This document shows positions 50,331 through 59,839 of a DNA stretch of 64,000 nucleotides, piece after piece. The notes below the pieces were generated by a model. That model did no database searches, was not told where the DNA came from, and saw only the letters and a list, made by a program, of their open reading frames with translations. Source of the DNA: Caldilineae bacterium (GTDB lineage: Bacteria; Chloroflexota; Anaerolineae; Epilineales; Epilineaceae); contig JACKBJ010000002.1 in the NCBI GenBank assembly GCA_020634625.1, positions 158,275-222,274 on the forward strand. Reading direction: 5' to 3'. Within the stretch, counting starts at the first letter, position 1. Every line of letters begins with the position of its first letter. Position numbers and translations under genes: made by a program.

Positions 50331-51497
50331 ATGTGGGTGGTGGAGGGGGCCGCGTTGGTGGAGGCGCTGGCGCCGGCGGCGGCGTTGTTGCGGGCGGGCG
50401 GGTTGGTGGCCTTTCCGACCGAGACCGTCTATGGGTTGGGCGCGAACGCGCTGGACGCGGTGGCGGTACGGCGCATCTTCGAGGCCAAGGGGCGGCCGGC
50501 GGAGGATCCGCTGATCGTGCACGTGCTGGGGCTGGCGGAGGCGCAGGCGTTGTCGCCGGGCTTTCCCGAGCTGGCGCGGCGGCTGGCCGAGGCCTTCTGG
50601 CCCGGCCCGCTGACCCTGGTGGTGCCGCGTGGCCCGTCCCTGCCGGCGGCGGTCAGCGCGGGGCTGGACAGCGTGGCGCTGCGGGCGCCGTCGCACCCGG
50701 TGGCCCGGGCCCTGCTGCGCGCGGCGGGCGTTCCGGTGGCGGCGCCCAGCGCCAACCCCTTCGGCCGCATCAGCCCGACCCGGGCCGAGCACGTGCTGGC
50801 CGACCTGGGCGATCGCATCGACCTGGTGATCGACGGGGGACCGGCCGAAGTCGGCGTCGAGTCGACGGTGGTGGACTGTCGCGGTGAGCAGGCGCTGCTG
50901 CTGCGGCCGGGTGGGGTGTCGCTGGAGGCGCTGCGGGCGGTGGTCGGGGAGGTCCGGCTGGCGGGGGCGGGTGAAGCGGAGGCGGGGATGGGGCCGCAGC
51001 GGTCGCCGGGGACGATGCTGCGGCACTATGCGCCGCGGGCGCGGCTGGTGCTGGTGGTCGGTGAGGCGGAGCAGGTGGGCGAGGCGATCGGCCAGGCGGC
51101 GCTCGGGCTGGCGGCGAAGGGCCGGCGGGTGGGGCTCTTGCTGGCCGAGGAAGATCGGGCGCGCTGGGCCGGGGAGGAAGACGGGCAGGCTGCGGGAGGC
51201 GGGTCGGGGCCGGCGCCGGAGCAGACCGCCGGGCCGCCGGGCGGGCCGCGATGGCGGGTGCTCGGGAGCCTGAGGGACCTGGAGGCGGTGGCGCGGGCCC
51301 TGTTCGGGGCGCTGCGCGAGCTGGACGCGGCGGGGGTCGACTGCATCCTCGCGCGGGACTTCGGCGGGCAGGGGATGGGGCTGGCGCTGCGGGATCGGCT
51401 GAGCCGGGCGGCCGAGGGGCGGGTGCTCAGGCTGGAGTCGCAGGAAGGGCCCTCGGCCGCCGCGGCTCGGATCGAGCGGGCGGTCGAGGGCCCTTGA
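50331..51497 (+). CDS. L-threonylcarbamoyladenylate synthase (Sua5/YciO/YrdC family, YrdC domain plus Sua5 C-terminal domain)
   Basis: LRAGGLVAFPTETVYGLGANALDAVAVRRIFEAKGRPAEDPLIVHV. The start was set at MWVVEG; the upstream G-rich extension in the track is judged non-coding. Confidence 0.8.
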   Translation: MWVVEGAALVEALAPAAALLRAGGLVAFPTETVYGLGANALDAVAVRRIFEAKGRPAEDPLIVHVLGLAEAQALSPGFPELARRLAEAFWPGPLTLVVPRGPSLPAAVSAGLDSVALRAPSHPVARALLRAAGVPVAAPSANPFGRISPTRAEHVLADLGDRIDLVIDGGPAEVGVESTVVDCRGEQALLLRPGGVSLEALRAVVGEVRLAGAGEAEAGMGPQRSPGTMLRHYAPRARLVLVVGEAEQVGEAIGQAALGLAAKGRRVGLLLAEEDRARWAGEEDGQAAGGGSGPAPEQTAGPPGGPRWRVLGSLRDLEAVARALFGALRELDAAGVDCILARDFGGQGMGLALRDRLSRAAEGRVLRLESQEGPSAAAARIERAVEGP

Positions 51498-51518
51498 GCG
51501 GCCGCGGGCGGTTCCGGG

Positions 51519-52922
51519 CTACTTGCGCTCGGCGACCGTGACGCGTTCCGTGACCTCCTCGCCGCCGCGCAGGAGCTTGAGCTCGACGGTCTGGCCGGGC
51601 TCGGTGCGGATGGCGATGTAGGCCAGGAGGTCGTCGAAGGATTGGACCGGCTGATCGTCGATGCCGATGATGATGTCGCCGCCGAGCGGCAGCTGCTGGG
51701 CGTTGGAGGCGGGCTCGTCGATGCCTCGCAGGATGCCGGCGGAGGGTCCGTCGGCCGGCACGCCCAGGATGTAGGCGCCGATCGGCTCGCTCAGGCCGTT
51801 GGCCTTGGCCACCTCGACCGTGAAGCGATCCTCCGGCAGGCCCGAGACGCCCAGGAAGGACCAGGTCATCTTGCCGGTCTCGATCAGCGCGGGCGCGACC
51901 TTGGCCACGATCGAGGCGGGGATCGAGAAGCCGACGCCCGAGTTGCCGGGCACGCCGCCAGCCTGGTTCGTGGTGTTGATCTGGGCGTTGATGCCGATGA
52001 CCTCGCCCGAGAGGTTGAGCAGCGGGCCACCCGAGTTGCCCGGGTTGATGGCCGCATCGGTCTGGATCGTCTGTGGGATGCCGTAGCCCGGCTGGCCCGG
52101 GTCGAGGTCGGCCGGGATCGTGCGGCCGAGCGCGCTGAGGATGCCGTAGGTCATCGAGTTGGCGCGGCCGAAGGGCGCGCCGATGGCCACGGCCGGCTGG
52201 CCGACCTTCAGCGAGCCAAAATCGTCCTCGAGGGGCAGCGCGCGGGCGCTGGCGGGCATCTCGTCGACCGCCACCACCGCCAGGTCGCTGTAGGCGTCGG
52301 CGCCGACCACGCGGCCCTCGCGCCGACTGCCGTCGAAGAAGACGACCTCGATGCTGTCGGCGCCGTCGATCACGTGGTTGTTGGTGATCAGGTGCGAGCC
52401 GTCGTAGACGAAGCCCGATCCGCCACCGGTCTGGCTGAACTCCTGGTTGCCCATCGTCACGGACTGCTGGACCAGGATGCTGACCACGCCCGGGTTGACC
52501 TGCTCGTAGAGTCGCGTGAGCACCCCATCGCCTTCGACGGCCACGCCGCGCAGCGGCAAGGGTTCGCGCGGGCTGGAGTCGACGTTGCGCTCGAGGGTGC
52601 GCAGCTGGCTCGGCAGGCCGGTGCCCGAGCCGTCGCGTGCCCGACTCTGCTCGCGGGCGGGGGCCGTCGTGTCGCCCGGACTGGCATCCTCGGCAGCGGC
52701 CGGCTGCTCGCCCGCGGCCGGGGCAGTGCGGGCTTCCGCGCCCGCCGCCGGCGCGGCGTCGGGGGCCTGCGCGACGCTGCCTCGGATGCGCTCGAGGCCG
52801 TTGGTCAGGTTCGCGGTCTGGCCGGTCGTGACCAGCCAGAGGCCGCCAGCCGAGGCCATGCAGAGCATGACCACCGCGCCGAGGCAGCCCAATCCGATCA
52901 TGAGGCGTTCGCTGCGTGTCAT
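51519..52922 (-). CDS. HtrA/DegP-family serine protease (S1C) with a PDZ domain and an N-terminal membrane anchor
   Basis: Catalytic blocks are ITNNHVIDGADS, DLAVVAVD and GNSGGPLLNLSGEVIGINAQI. Confidence 0.9.
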   Translation of the reverse strand: MTRSERLMIGLGCLGAVVMLCMASAGGLWLVTTGQTANLTNGLERIRGSVAQAPDAAPAAGAEARTAPAAGEQPAAAEDASPGDTTAPAREQSRARDGSGTGLPSQLRTLERNVDSSPREPLPLRGVAVEGDGVLTRLYEQVNPGVVSILVQQSVTMGNQEFSQTGGGSGFVYDGSHLITNNHVIDGADSIEVVFFDGSRREGRVVGADAYSDLAVVAVDEMPASARALPLEDDFGSLKVGQPAVAIGAPFGRANSMTYGILSALGRTIPADLDPGQPGYGIPQTIQTDAAINPGNSGGPLLNLSGEVIGINAQINTTNQAGGVPGNSGVGFSIPASIVAKVAPALIETGKMTWSFLGVSGLPEDRFTVEVAKANGLSEPIGAYILGVPADGPSAGILRGIDEPASNAQQLPLGGDIIIGIDDQPVQSFDDLLAYIAIRTEPGQTVELKLLRGGEEVTERVTVAERK

Positions 52923-53290
52923 CTGGGTTCATCTCCTCGAGCAAGATGGGCTCTCGGGCTCGTCGGCAAGAGTCGACCATGGGGCTTGCGCGGCGGGCGA
53001 CGGTTTCAAGGATCGTTCAAGGTGCCATTCATCATACATCAGCCTTCGAACGGCGAGGATAGGCCGGCGGGCTGAGCCGGGGCTGAGCGATGGCTTAGGG
53101 CTCGCTCACCTTCGCCGGCCTGGCGCGGCCGGGACCGGGAATGGAACCAAATCGGTTGGGCCGACGTTCTATAGGTGTCCCGGATGCCGGCACGGGCTTG
53201 GCCCAGGTCGGGGCAGGGGTCCATCATGAACGGGTCGAGGTCGCGGCGGGCCCTCGGGGGCCGGCCGATAGCACGGAGGCAAGAAACGTC

Positions 53291-56200
53291 ATGCGCACGA
53301 TGTTGCGGGTCCTGCTGGTCACGAGCGCGCTGCTGGCGGTCACCGCTGGCTGCACGAAGAAGGAGACGCCGGTGTCGCCGTCGGGCGAGGGGCAGGGGCC
53401 AGGCGATGGCGCCGGCGGACGGCCCTTGGCCGCGCCCGAGCCCACGCCCGGGATCTACTTCCGCCTGTCCGACGCAGGGGCCGGTGGCGCCGAGGACGCT
53501 GCCGCGGTGACGCCGGCCGAGGCGGCGCCGCTGAGCGGGGCGGAGCTGGCGGCCATCCTGGGCCGGCTGCCCGCGATGCCGGAGGGCAGCTCGGTGCAGG
53601 CCGACTTCGCGCTGCAGCCCGGCCCCAAGCCGCCGGCCGTCGCCGGCGAGACCCGGCCCCAGGCCTTCCCGCCCGTCGACGAGCGGGGCGATCCGCCGCC
53701 GAGCGTCGAGGCCGGGCCCCTGACGGTGCTGCGCTTCGGGCCGGAGGGCGAGCTGGACTCCGCGCCGCGGCTCTCGATCACCTTCTCCAAGGCGATGGTG
53801 CCCCTGACCTCGCAGGCCGCCTTGGCCGCGGCCGAGGTGCCGGTGACGCTGGAGCCCCAGCCGGCCGGCCTCTGGCGCTGGGTGGGCACCCGGACCCTGA
53901 TCTTCGAGCCCGAGGGCGAACGCTTTCCCAAGGCCACCGACTACACCGTCACGGCGCCGGCGGGGTTGAAGGCCGCCGACGGCGAGGCCCTGGCCGAGGC
54001 GGTCAGCTGGCGCTTCGGCACGCCGCCGGTGAGCCTGAGCGTGTTCCACCCGGACGACTATCCGCCCGCTGATCGGTTGCCGCTGCTCTTCCTCGGCTTC
54101 GACCAGGCCGTCTCGGTCGAGGCGCTGCTGCCCTTCGTCGAGCTTCGCGCGGCGGGCCAGTCCTTTGGGCTGCGCCCGGCGACGCCGGCCGAGATCGCCG
54201 ACGACCGCGAGGTCGCGGGACTGGTCGAGGACTGGTCGGCGGCGCCGCGCGCCGATCGCTGGATCGTGCTGCGGCCGGAGCGCGAGCTGCCCCTGGGCGC
54301 CAAGGCGGAGCTTCGCCTCGCCAAGGGCCTGCCTTCGGCCGAGGGACCGCGGACGACGAGCCGGGTCCAGAACCGCGACTTCGAGGTCTATGGCCCGCTG
54401 CGCGTGACCCGGATCAGCTGCTCGGGCGACGACTACCAGGAGAAGGTGCTGCGCGAGGACACGCGTCGGGCGAGCCTGGGCAAGTGCGCACCCTTCGGGT
54501 ACTGGAGCATCGAGCTGAGCAATCCGCTGGCGCTCGAGACGGTCGACGCCGAAGCCATCGACATCGAGCCGGCTCTGCCGGGCCGGCGGGTGACGGTCGG
54601 CGAGGGCAGCATCCAGATCGGCGGCGCCTCGGCCGGTCGTAGCCGCTACACCGTCACGTTGCCGGGCGACATCCAGGACGTCCACGGTCAGCGCCTGGAG
54701 GAGGGCTTCGCGCTGCGTTTCGAGACCGGCGACATGCGGCCGGCGTTGGCGGTACCGGGTGACGAGATGCAGCTGCTCGACCCGGATGCCGGCGGCAAGC
54801 TGCAGGTCTACAGCATCAACAACGACGGGCTGCGGGCCAGCCTGTATCGGGTCGGACCCGAGGACTGGAGCGCCTACCAGATCGCGCGCAACGCGATCGC
54901 TGCCGAACAGCCGCTGGATCCGCCCGGCGAGCGGGTCTGGCAGGGGGATCTGCGGCCGAAGGGCGATCGCGATGCGGTGGCGACGGCCCAGCTGGACCTG
55001 GCGCCGGGCCTGGATGCCGAGGGCCATGGGCAGCTGATCGCCGTGATCGAGCCCGCCAAGTGGAGCCCGCGCGACGAGAATTGGTCCAACCGCCCGCAGT
55101 GGCGCTGGGTCCAGGTCAGCGCGCTCGGCCTGGACGCCTTCGGCGAGGCCGAGGGCGTCACCGCCCGCGTGACCGATCTGGCGGACGGCGCGCCGCGCGC
55201 CGAGGTCGATCTGGAGCTCTACCGCTTGCCACGCATCGCGTGGCGCGGCGGGGAGACCCTGGCGTCGGCGCCGGTCTCGGCGGCCCGTGGCCGCACGGAC
55301 CGCGACGGACTGGCCCTGCTCGCGGTGCCGGCCGTCACGGACGGCGAGCCGAGCGAGACGATGCTGGTCGCGCGTGCCGGTGGCGACACGGCCATGCTGC
55401 CCTACGGCGTCCTGGGCTGGCGGGCCGGCGGTGAGCAGCTGGCCTGGCAGGTCTTCGACGATCGCGGCCTGTACAAGCCGGGCGAGGTCGCCAGCGTCAA
55501 GGGTTGGGTGCGGCGCCTGGACCTGGGCAAGGGCGGTGACGTCGGGGCCTTGGAGGACTGGCCCGAGCGCATCGACTGGAGCTTGCGGGCGCCCAACGGT
55601 GAGGAGGCCGGCAGCGGCAGCTTCGCGGTGACGCCGCTGGGCGGCTTCGCCGGTCAGGTGCCCATTCCGGAGGGCAGCGAGCTGGGCGAGGCCTGGCTGC
55701 AGCTGCGGGCCGTGGGTGGCCGCCTGCCGGCCGACGGCCGCGAGAGCGGCCTCGGGTTGCAGATCGCCGAGTTCCGACGGCCCGAGTTCGAGGTGACGAC
55801 GCGCCTGGACGAGCCGAGCCTGATCTTCGGCGACACGGCGCGGGTGACGGCCAAGGCCGAGTATTACGCCGGCGGCCCGCTGCCCGGCGCCGAGGTGGAC
55901 TGGATGGTCCGTGCCGAGCCGAGCGCGTACAGCCCGCCCGGCCACGACGACTTCGTCTTCGGCACCTGGCGACCCGGCTGGGGCTTCTGGGAACAGCCGG
56001 GCGGCCAGGGCGGCGAGCAGTCGCATCAGGGCCGTACCGACGCGGTGGGCGAGCACGGCCTGGCCGTGGCCCTCGAGGGCGCGGTCCCGGTCGGACCGGC
56101 CAGCTTCCTGGCCCAGGCCACCGTCATGGACGTCAACCGCCAGGCTTGGACCAGCTCCACGAGCTTCCTGGTCCACCCGGCCCGTGACTACGTCGGCCTG

Positions 56201-59200
56201 CGCTTGGACCGCTGGTTCACCGATCCGGGCCAGCCGATCACGGTCGAAGCCATCGTGGCCGACATCGACGGCGCTCTGGTCAGCGGCCGGGCGATCGAGC
56301 TGGTCGCCGAGCGGGTGGAGGGCCGCTGGCAAGGCGAGCGCTGGGTCGAGGAGACCCTGCCCGCCGGCGACTGCAGCCTGACCAGCGCCGAGGAGCCGGT
56401 CGCCTGCGCGCTGCGCTTCGAGACCGGCGGCATGTACCGTCTGACGGCCGAGGTGGCCGACGCCCAGGGCCGGCCCAACATGAGCCAGCTGACGCTCTGG
56501 GTCTCGGGCGGCGCGCCGAGCCTGCCGCGGGGCGATGGCCTCGAGGAGGCGTCGGTCACGCTGATCCCCGACGCCGACAGCTACCAGCCCGGCGATACGG
56601 CCCGGGTCCTGGTCCAGGCGCCCTTCGCCCCGGCCGCGGGCCTCTGGAGCCTGCGACGATCGGGCCTGGTCGAGCGCCGCGCCTTCCAGATCGACGAGAG
56701 CGGCTCGGCCGTCCTGGAGATTCCGATCACCGAGGACTACCTGCCGGGCATCCAGCTGCAGGTGGACCTGACCGGTCGCGCGCCGCGCGCTGGCGCCGCG
56801 CCCGACGCCCAGCTGCCGCCGCGGCCGGCCTATGCCAGCGGCCAGCTGAAGCTCGAGGTGCCGCCGGAGTCCCGGCGGCTGAAGGTCGAGGCGCTCGCCC
56901 GCGAGGCCGCCATCGCGCCCGGCGGCAAGACGACGGTCGACATCCGAGTGCGCGATGCCGAGGGCCGGCCGTTGGCCGACGCCGAGCTGGCCCTGATCGT
57001 GGTCGACGAGGCGGTCCTGGCCCTGACCGGCCACGACATCGGCGACCCCATGGCCGCCTTCTACCCCGAGCGCGATCCGGGCGTCCGCGACGAGCGCCTG
57101 CGCCGCTGGCTTCAGCTGGCCGATCCGGGCCTGATCGGGGCGGCCGGGAACCTGGCGAACAGCGGCCGCCAGGATCGGATGGGCGCCGAGCCGATGTCCG
57201 GCGCGCTGCCGCCCGGCGCCAGCCTCGATCCGGGCGCTGCCGAAATGGAGATGGCCGCCGACGCGGCCGACGAGTCGGCGGGGGCCGACCGGATGTACAG
57301 CATGGCCGCGACTCCGGGGCTGCCCCCGCCGCTCACCGGCGGCGGCGCCGAGCCACCGACCATCGTCGAGCGCAGCAACCTCGATCCGCTGGCCGCCTTC
57401 CTGCCCGATCTGCGAACGGATGGCGAGGGCAAGCTGGCGGCCGAGATCACGCTGCCCGACACCGTGACGCGCTACCGGATCTGGGCGGTGGCCAGCGACG
57501 GCGGGGCCCGCTTCGGAAAGGCCGATAGCAGCCTGACCGCGCGACTGCCGCTGATCGTGCGCCCGTCCGCGCCGCGCTTCCTGAACTTCGGCGACCGCTT
57601 CGAGCTGCCGGTGGTGGTGCAGAATCAGACCGACGCGGACCTCGAGGTGTCGGTGGTGGTTCGGGCGGCGAACCTGGATCTGGGCGCAGGGCCCGGCGCG
57701 GGTACCGGGACGGCCGACGAAGCGAGTGCCGATGCGGAGGCACCGGCGGCTGCGCCGGACGCGGCCGGTGCCGCGGATCTCGCGACGGCCGGCCTGCGGG
57801 CGACGATCCCCGCCGGCGACCGGCGCGAGCTGCGCTTCCCGGCCGCCGCCCGCCTGCCTGGCACGGCCGCCTTCCAGGCGGTGGTCGTCAGCGGCGACCT
57901 GAGCGATGCGCAGCGGGTGACGCTGCCGGTCTGGACGCCGGCCACCACCGAAGCCTTCGCCACCTACGGCGAGATCGACGCGGGCGCCATCGCCCAGCCG
58001 GTCGAGCGCCCGCCGGAGGTCGTCGCGGGCTTCGGCGGCCTGGAGCTGACGACCAGCTCGACCGCGCTCAGCGCCCTGACCGATGCCTTCCTCTACCTGG
58101 ACAGCTACCCCTTCGAGCACGAGGAGGCGACCGCCTCGCGGCTCCTGGCCAGCGTGGCCCTGGTGGACGTGCTCGAGGCCTTCGGGGCCGAGGGCATGCC
58201 CGATCGGCCGACGGTCGAGGCGCGCATCGCCGCCGACATCGACCGGCTCGCCGGCCGTCAGAACGGCGATGGCGGCTGGGGCTGGTGGCCGAGCGAGGGC
58301 CGGTCGGCGCCCTTCGGGTCGCTGCACGTGATGCACGCGCTGGCCCGGGCCAGCGCCAAGGACTACCCGGTGCCGGAGGAGACCCTGGCGCGGGGCCGAG
58401 ACTACCTCCAGGCCGTCGATGACCATGCATCGGCTTTCGACTATGCCGCCGACGTCCGCCTCGGCCTGCGGGCCTACGCGCTCTACGTGCGCGCGCTGAC
58501 GGGCGACCTCGACGCGACCGAGGCGCGGGCGCTCTACGCCGAGCGCGACCGGCTGGGCATCGACGGCGAGGCCTGGCTCCTGACGGTGATGGCCGGCGGC
58601 GAGGGCTTCGACGCCGAGCGCACCGAGCTGCGCCGCGCGCTCGGGAACGCCGCCATCGAGGAGGCCGGCACGGCCCAGATCACGACCGGCTACGAAGAGA
58701 CCGCCTCGGCCCTCCTCCTGGCCAGCGATCGGCGCACCGACGCCCTCGCCGTCGAGGCCCTGATGGCCGACCAGCCCGAGAGCGACCTGATCCCCAAGCT
58801 GGTGCGCGGCCTCCTGGCCCATCGGGTCAAGGGTCGCTGGGGCTCGACCCAGGAATGCGCCTGGGTGCTCCTGGCCCTGGACGGCTACTTCCGGGCCTAC
58901 GAGGCCGAGACGCCGAGCTTCGAGGCCAGCGCCTGGCTGGGCGCGGACTTCCTGGGTCGCTCGCGCTTCGAGGGCCGCAGCCCGGACCGAGCGCTGACCG
59001 AGGTCCCGATGGCCTTCCTGCCGGCCGATGCGCCGGCCGACCTGGTGTTGAGCAAGACCGGGCCGGGGCGGCTCTACTACCGCCTGGGCCTGCGCTACGC
59101 GCCGAGCGACCTCGATCTGGCGCCGCTGGAGCGCGGGTTCAGCGTCGAGCGCCGCTACGAGGCGGTCGACGATCCGGACGACGTTCGCCGAACCGCCGAC

Positions 59201-59623
59201 GGTGGCTGGGAGGTGAAGGCCGGCGCACGGGTGCGGGTACGCCTGGGCCTGGTGGCGCCGGCGCGGCGCTACCACGTGGCATTGGTCGACCCGCTGCCTG
59301 CCGGACTCGAGGCGCTCAACCCGGAGCTGGCGACGACCGGCGAGCTGCCGCGGGACCCCGCGGACCTCGAGGTGGAAGACGGCGGCTTCGACGGCTGGCC
59401 CTGGTGGCGTTGGTGGACCTGGTACGAGCACGAGGCCTTCCGCGACGCGCGGGTCGAGGTCTTCAGCAGCCTGCTCTGGGACGGCGTCTACGACTACAGC
59501 TACATCGCGCGGGCGACGACGCCCGGCGACTTCGTCGTCCCGCCGGCCAAGGCCGAGGAGCTGTTCCAGCCCGAGACCTTCGGCCGCAGCGGCAGCGACC
59601 GGCTGCGGGTGGTGCTGCCCTAG
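53291..59623 (+). CDS. Bacterial alpha-2-macroglobulin-family lipoprotein lacking the thioester motif
   Basis: Lipobox LLAVTAGC. MG domains run throughout. The thioester site reads YPFEHEEATAS instead of YP(F/Y)GC(L/T)EQT. The C-terminal domain is conserved (LPAGLEALNPEL...WWRWWTWYEHEAFRDARVEVF). Confidence 0.8.
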   Translation: MRTMLRVLLVTSALLAVTAGCTKKETPVSPSGEGQGPGDGAGGRPLAAPEPTPGIYFRLSDAGAGGAEDAAAVTPAEAAPLSGAELAAILGRLPAMPEGSSVQADFALQPGPKPPAVAGETRPQAFPPVDERGDPPPSVEAGPLTVLRFGPEGELDSAPRLSITFSKAMVPLTSQAALAAAEVPVTLEPQPAGLWRWVGTRTLIFEPEGERFPKATDYTVTAPAGLKAADGEALAEAVSWRFGTPPVSLSVFHPDDYPPADRLPLLFLGFDQAVSVEALLPFVELRAAGQSFGLRPATPAEIADDREVAGLVEDWSAAPRADRWIVLRPERELPLGAKAELRLAKGLPSAEGPRTTSRVQNRDFEVYGPLRVTRISCSGDDYQEKVLREDTRRASLGKCAPFGYWSIELSNPLALETVDAEAIDIEPALPGRRVTVGEGSIQIGGASAGRSRYTVTLPGDIQDVHGQRLEEGFALRFETGDMRPALAVPGDEMQLLDPDAGGKLQVYSINNDGLRASLYRVGPEDWSAYQIARNAIAAEQPLDPPGERVWQGDLRPKGDRDAVATAQLDLAPGLDAEGHGQLIAVIEPAKWSPRDENWSNRPQWRWVQVSALGLDAFGEAEGVTARVTDLADGAPRAEVDLELYRLPRIAWRGGETLASAPVSAARGRTDRDGLALLAVPAVTDGEPSETMLVARAGGDTAMLPYGVLGWRAGGEQLAWQVFDDRGLYKPGEVASVKGWVRRLDLGKGGDVGALEDWPERIDWSLRAPNGEEAGSGSFAVTPLGGFAGQVPIPEGSELGEAWLQLRAVGGRLPADGRESGLGLQIAEFRRPEFEVTTRLDEPSLIFGDTARVTAKAEYYAGGPLPGAEVDWMVRAEPSAYSPPGHDDFVFGTWRPGWGFWEQPGGQGGEQSHQGRTDAVGEHGLAVALEGAVPVGPASFLAQATVMDVNRQAWTSSTSFLVHPARDYVGLRLDRWFTDPGQPITVEAIVADIDGALVSGRAIELVAERVEGRWQGERWVEETLPAGDCSLTSAEEPVACALRFETGGMYRLTAEVADAQGRPNMSQLTLWVSGGAPSLPRGDGLEEASVTLIPDADSYQPGDTARVLVQAPFAPAAGLWSLRRSGLVERRAFQIDESGSAVLEIPITEDYLPGIQLQVDLTGRAPRAGAAPDAQLPPRPAYASGQLKLEVPPESRRLKVEALAREAAIAPGGKTTVDIRVRDAEGRPLADAELALIVVDEAVLALTGHDIGDPMAAFYPERDPGVRDERLRRWLQLADPGLIGAAGNLANSGRQDRMGAEPMSGALPPGASLDPGAAEMEMAADAADESAGADRMYSMAATPGLPPPLTGGGAEPPTIVERSNLDPLAAFLPDLRTDGEGKLAAEITLPDTVTRYRIWAVASDGGARFGKADSSLTARLPLIVRPSAPRFLNFGDRFELPVVVQNQTDADLEVSVVVRAANLDLGAGPGAGTGTADEASADAEAPAAAPDAAGAADLATAGLRATIPAGDRRELRFPAAARLPGTAAFQAVVVSGDLSDAQRVTLPVWTPATTEAFATYGEIDAGAIAQPVERPPEVVAGFGGLELTTSSTALSALTDAFLYLDSYPFEHEEATASRLLASVALVDVLEAFGAEGMPDRPTVEARIAADIDRLAGRQNGDGGWGWWPSEGRSAPFGSLHVMHALARASAKDYPVPEETLARGRDYLQAVDDHASAFDYAADVRLGLRAYALYVRALTGDLDATEARALYAERDRLGIDGEAWLLTVMAGGEGFDAERTELRRALGNAAIEEAGTAQITTGYEETASALLLASDRRTDALAVEALMADQPESDLIPKLVRGLLAHRVKGRWGSTQECAWVLLALDGYFRAYEAETPSFEASAWLGADFLGRSRFEGRSPDRALTEVPMAFLPADAPADLVLSKTGPGRLYYRLGLRYAPSDLDLAPLERGFSVERRYEAVDDPDDVRRTADGGWEVKAGARVRVRLGLVAPARRYHVALVDPLPAGLEALNPELATTGELPRDPADLEVEDGGFDGWPWWRWWTWYEHEAFRDARVEVFSSLLWDGVYDYSYIARATTPGDFVVPPAKAEELFQPETFGRSGSDRLRVVLP

Positions 59624-59628
59624 CCCGA

Positions 59629-59663
59629 GGGCCCGGCCACCGCGCCGAGCGGTGGCCGGGCCC
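59629..59663 (+). terminator. 14-bp perfect-stem hairpin (7-nt loop) 6 nt after the A2M stop
   Basis: GGGCCCGGCCACCG-cgccgag-CGGTGGCCGGGCCC. Confidence 0.6.
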
Positions 59664-59839
59664 CGGCGCTTGCCGAGCCCGCCGCGCGCCGATGGACGGG
59701 ATGCGGCGGCGCCCCTCCCCCGCCGCCGATCGACGGCGGGGCGAGGGCATGCCGCGAGGCTCTGCGCTATCCTCTTCCCGCCGGCCGCGTTGAGCCTGGC
59801 AAGCGCTCCGGTCCGCGGAGCGTCCTTCAGGAGTCGATC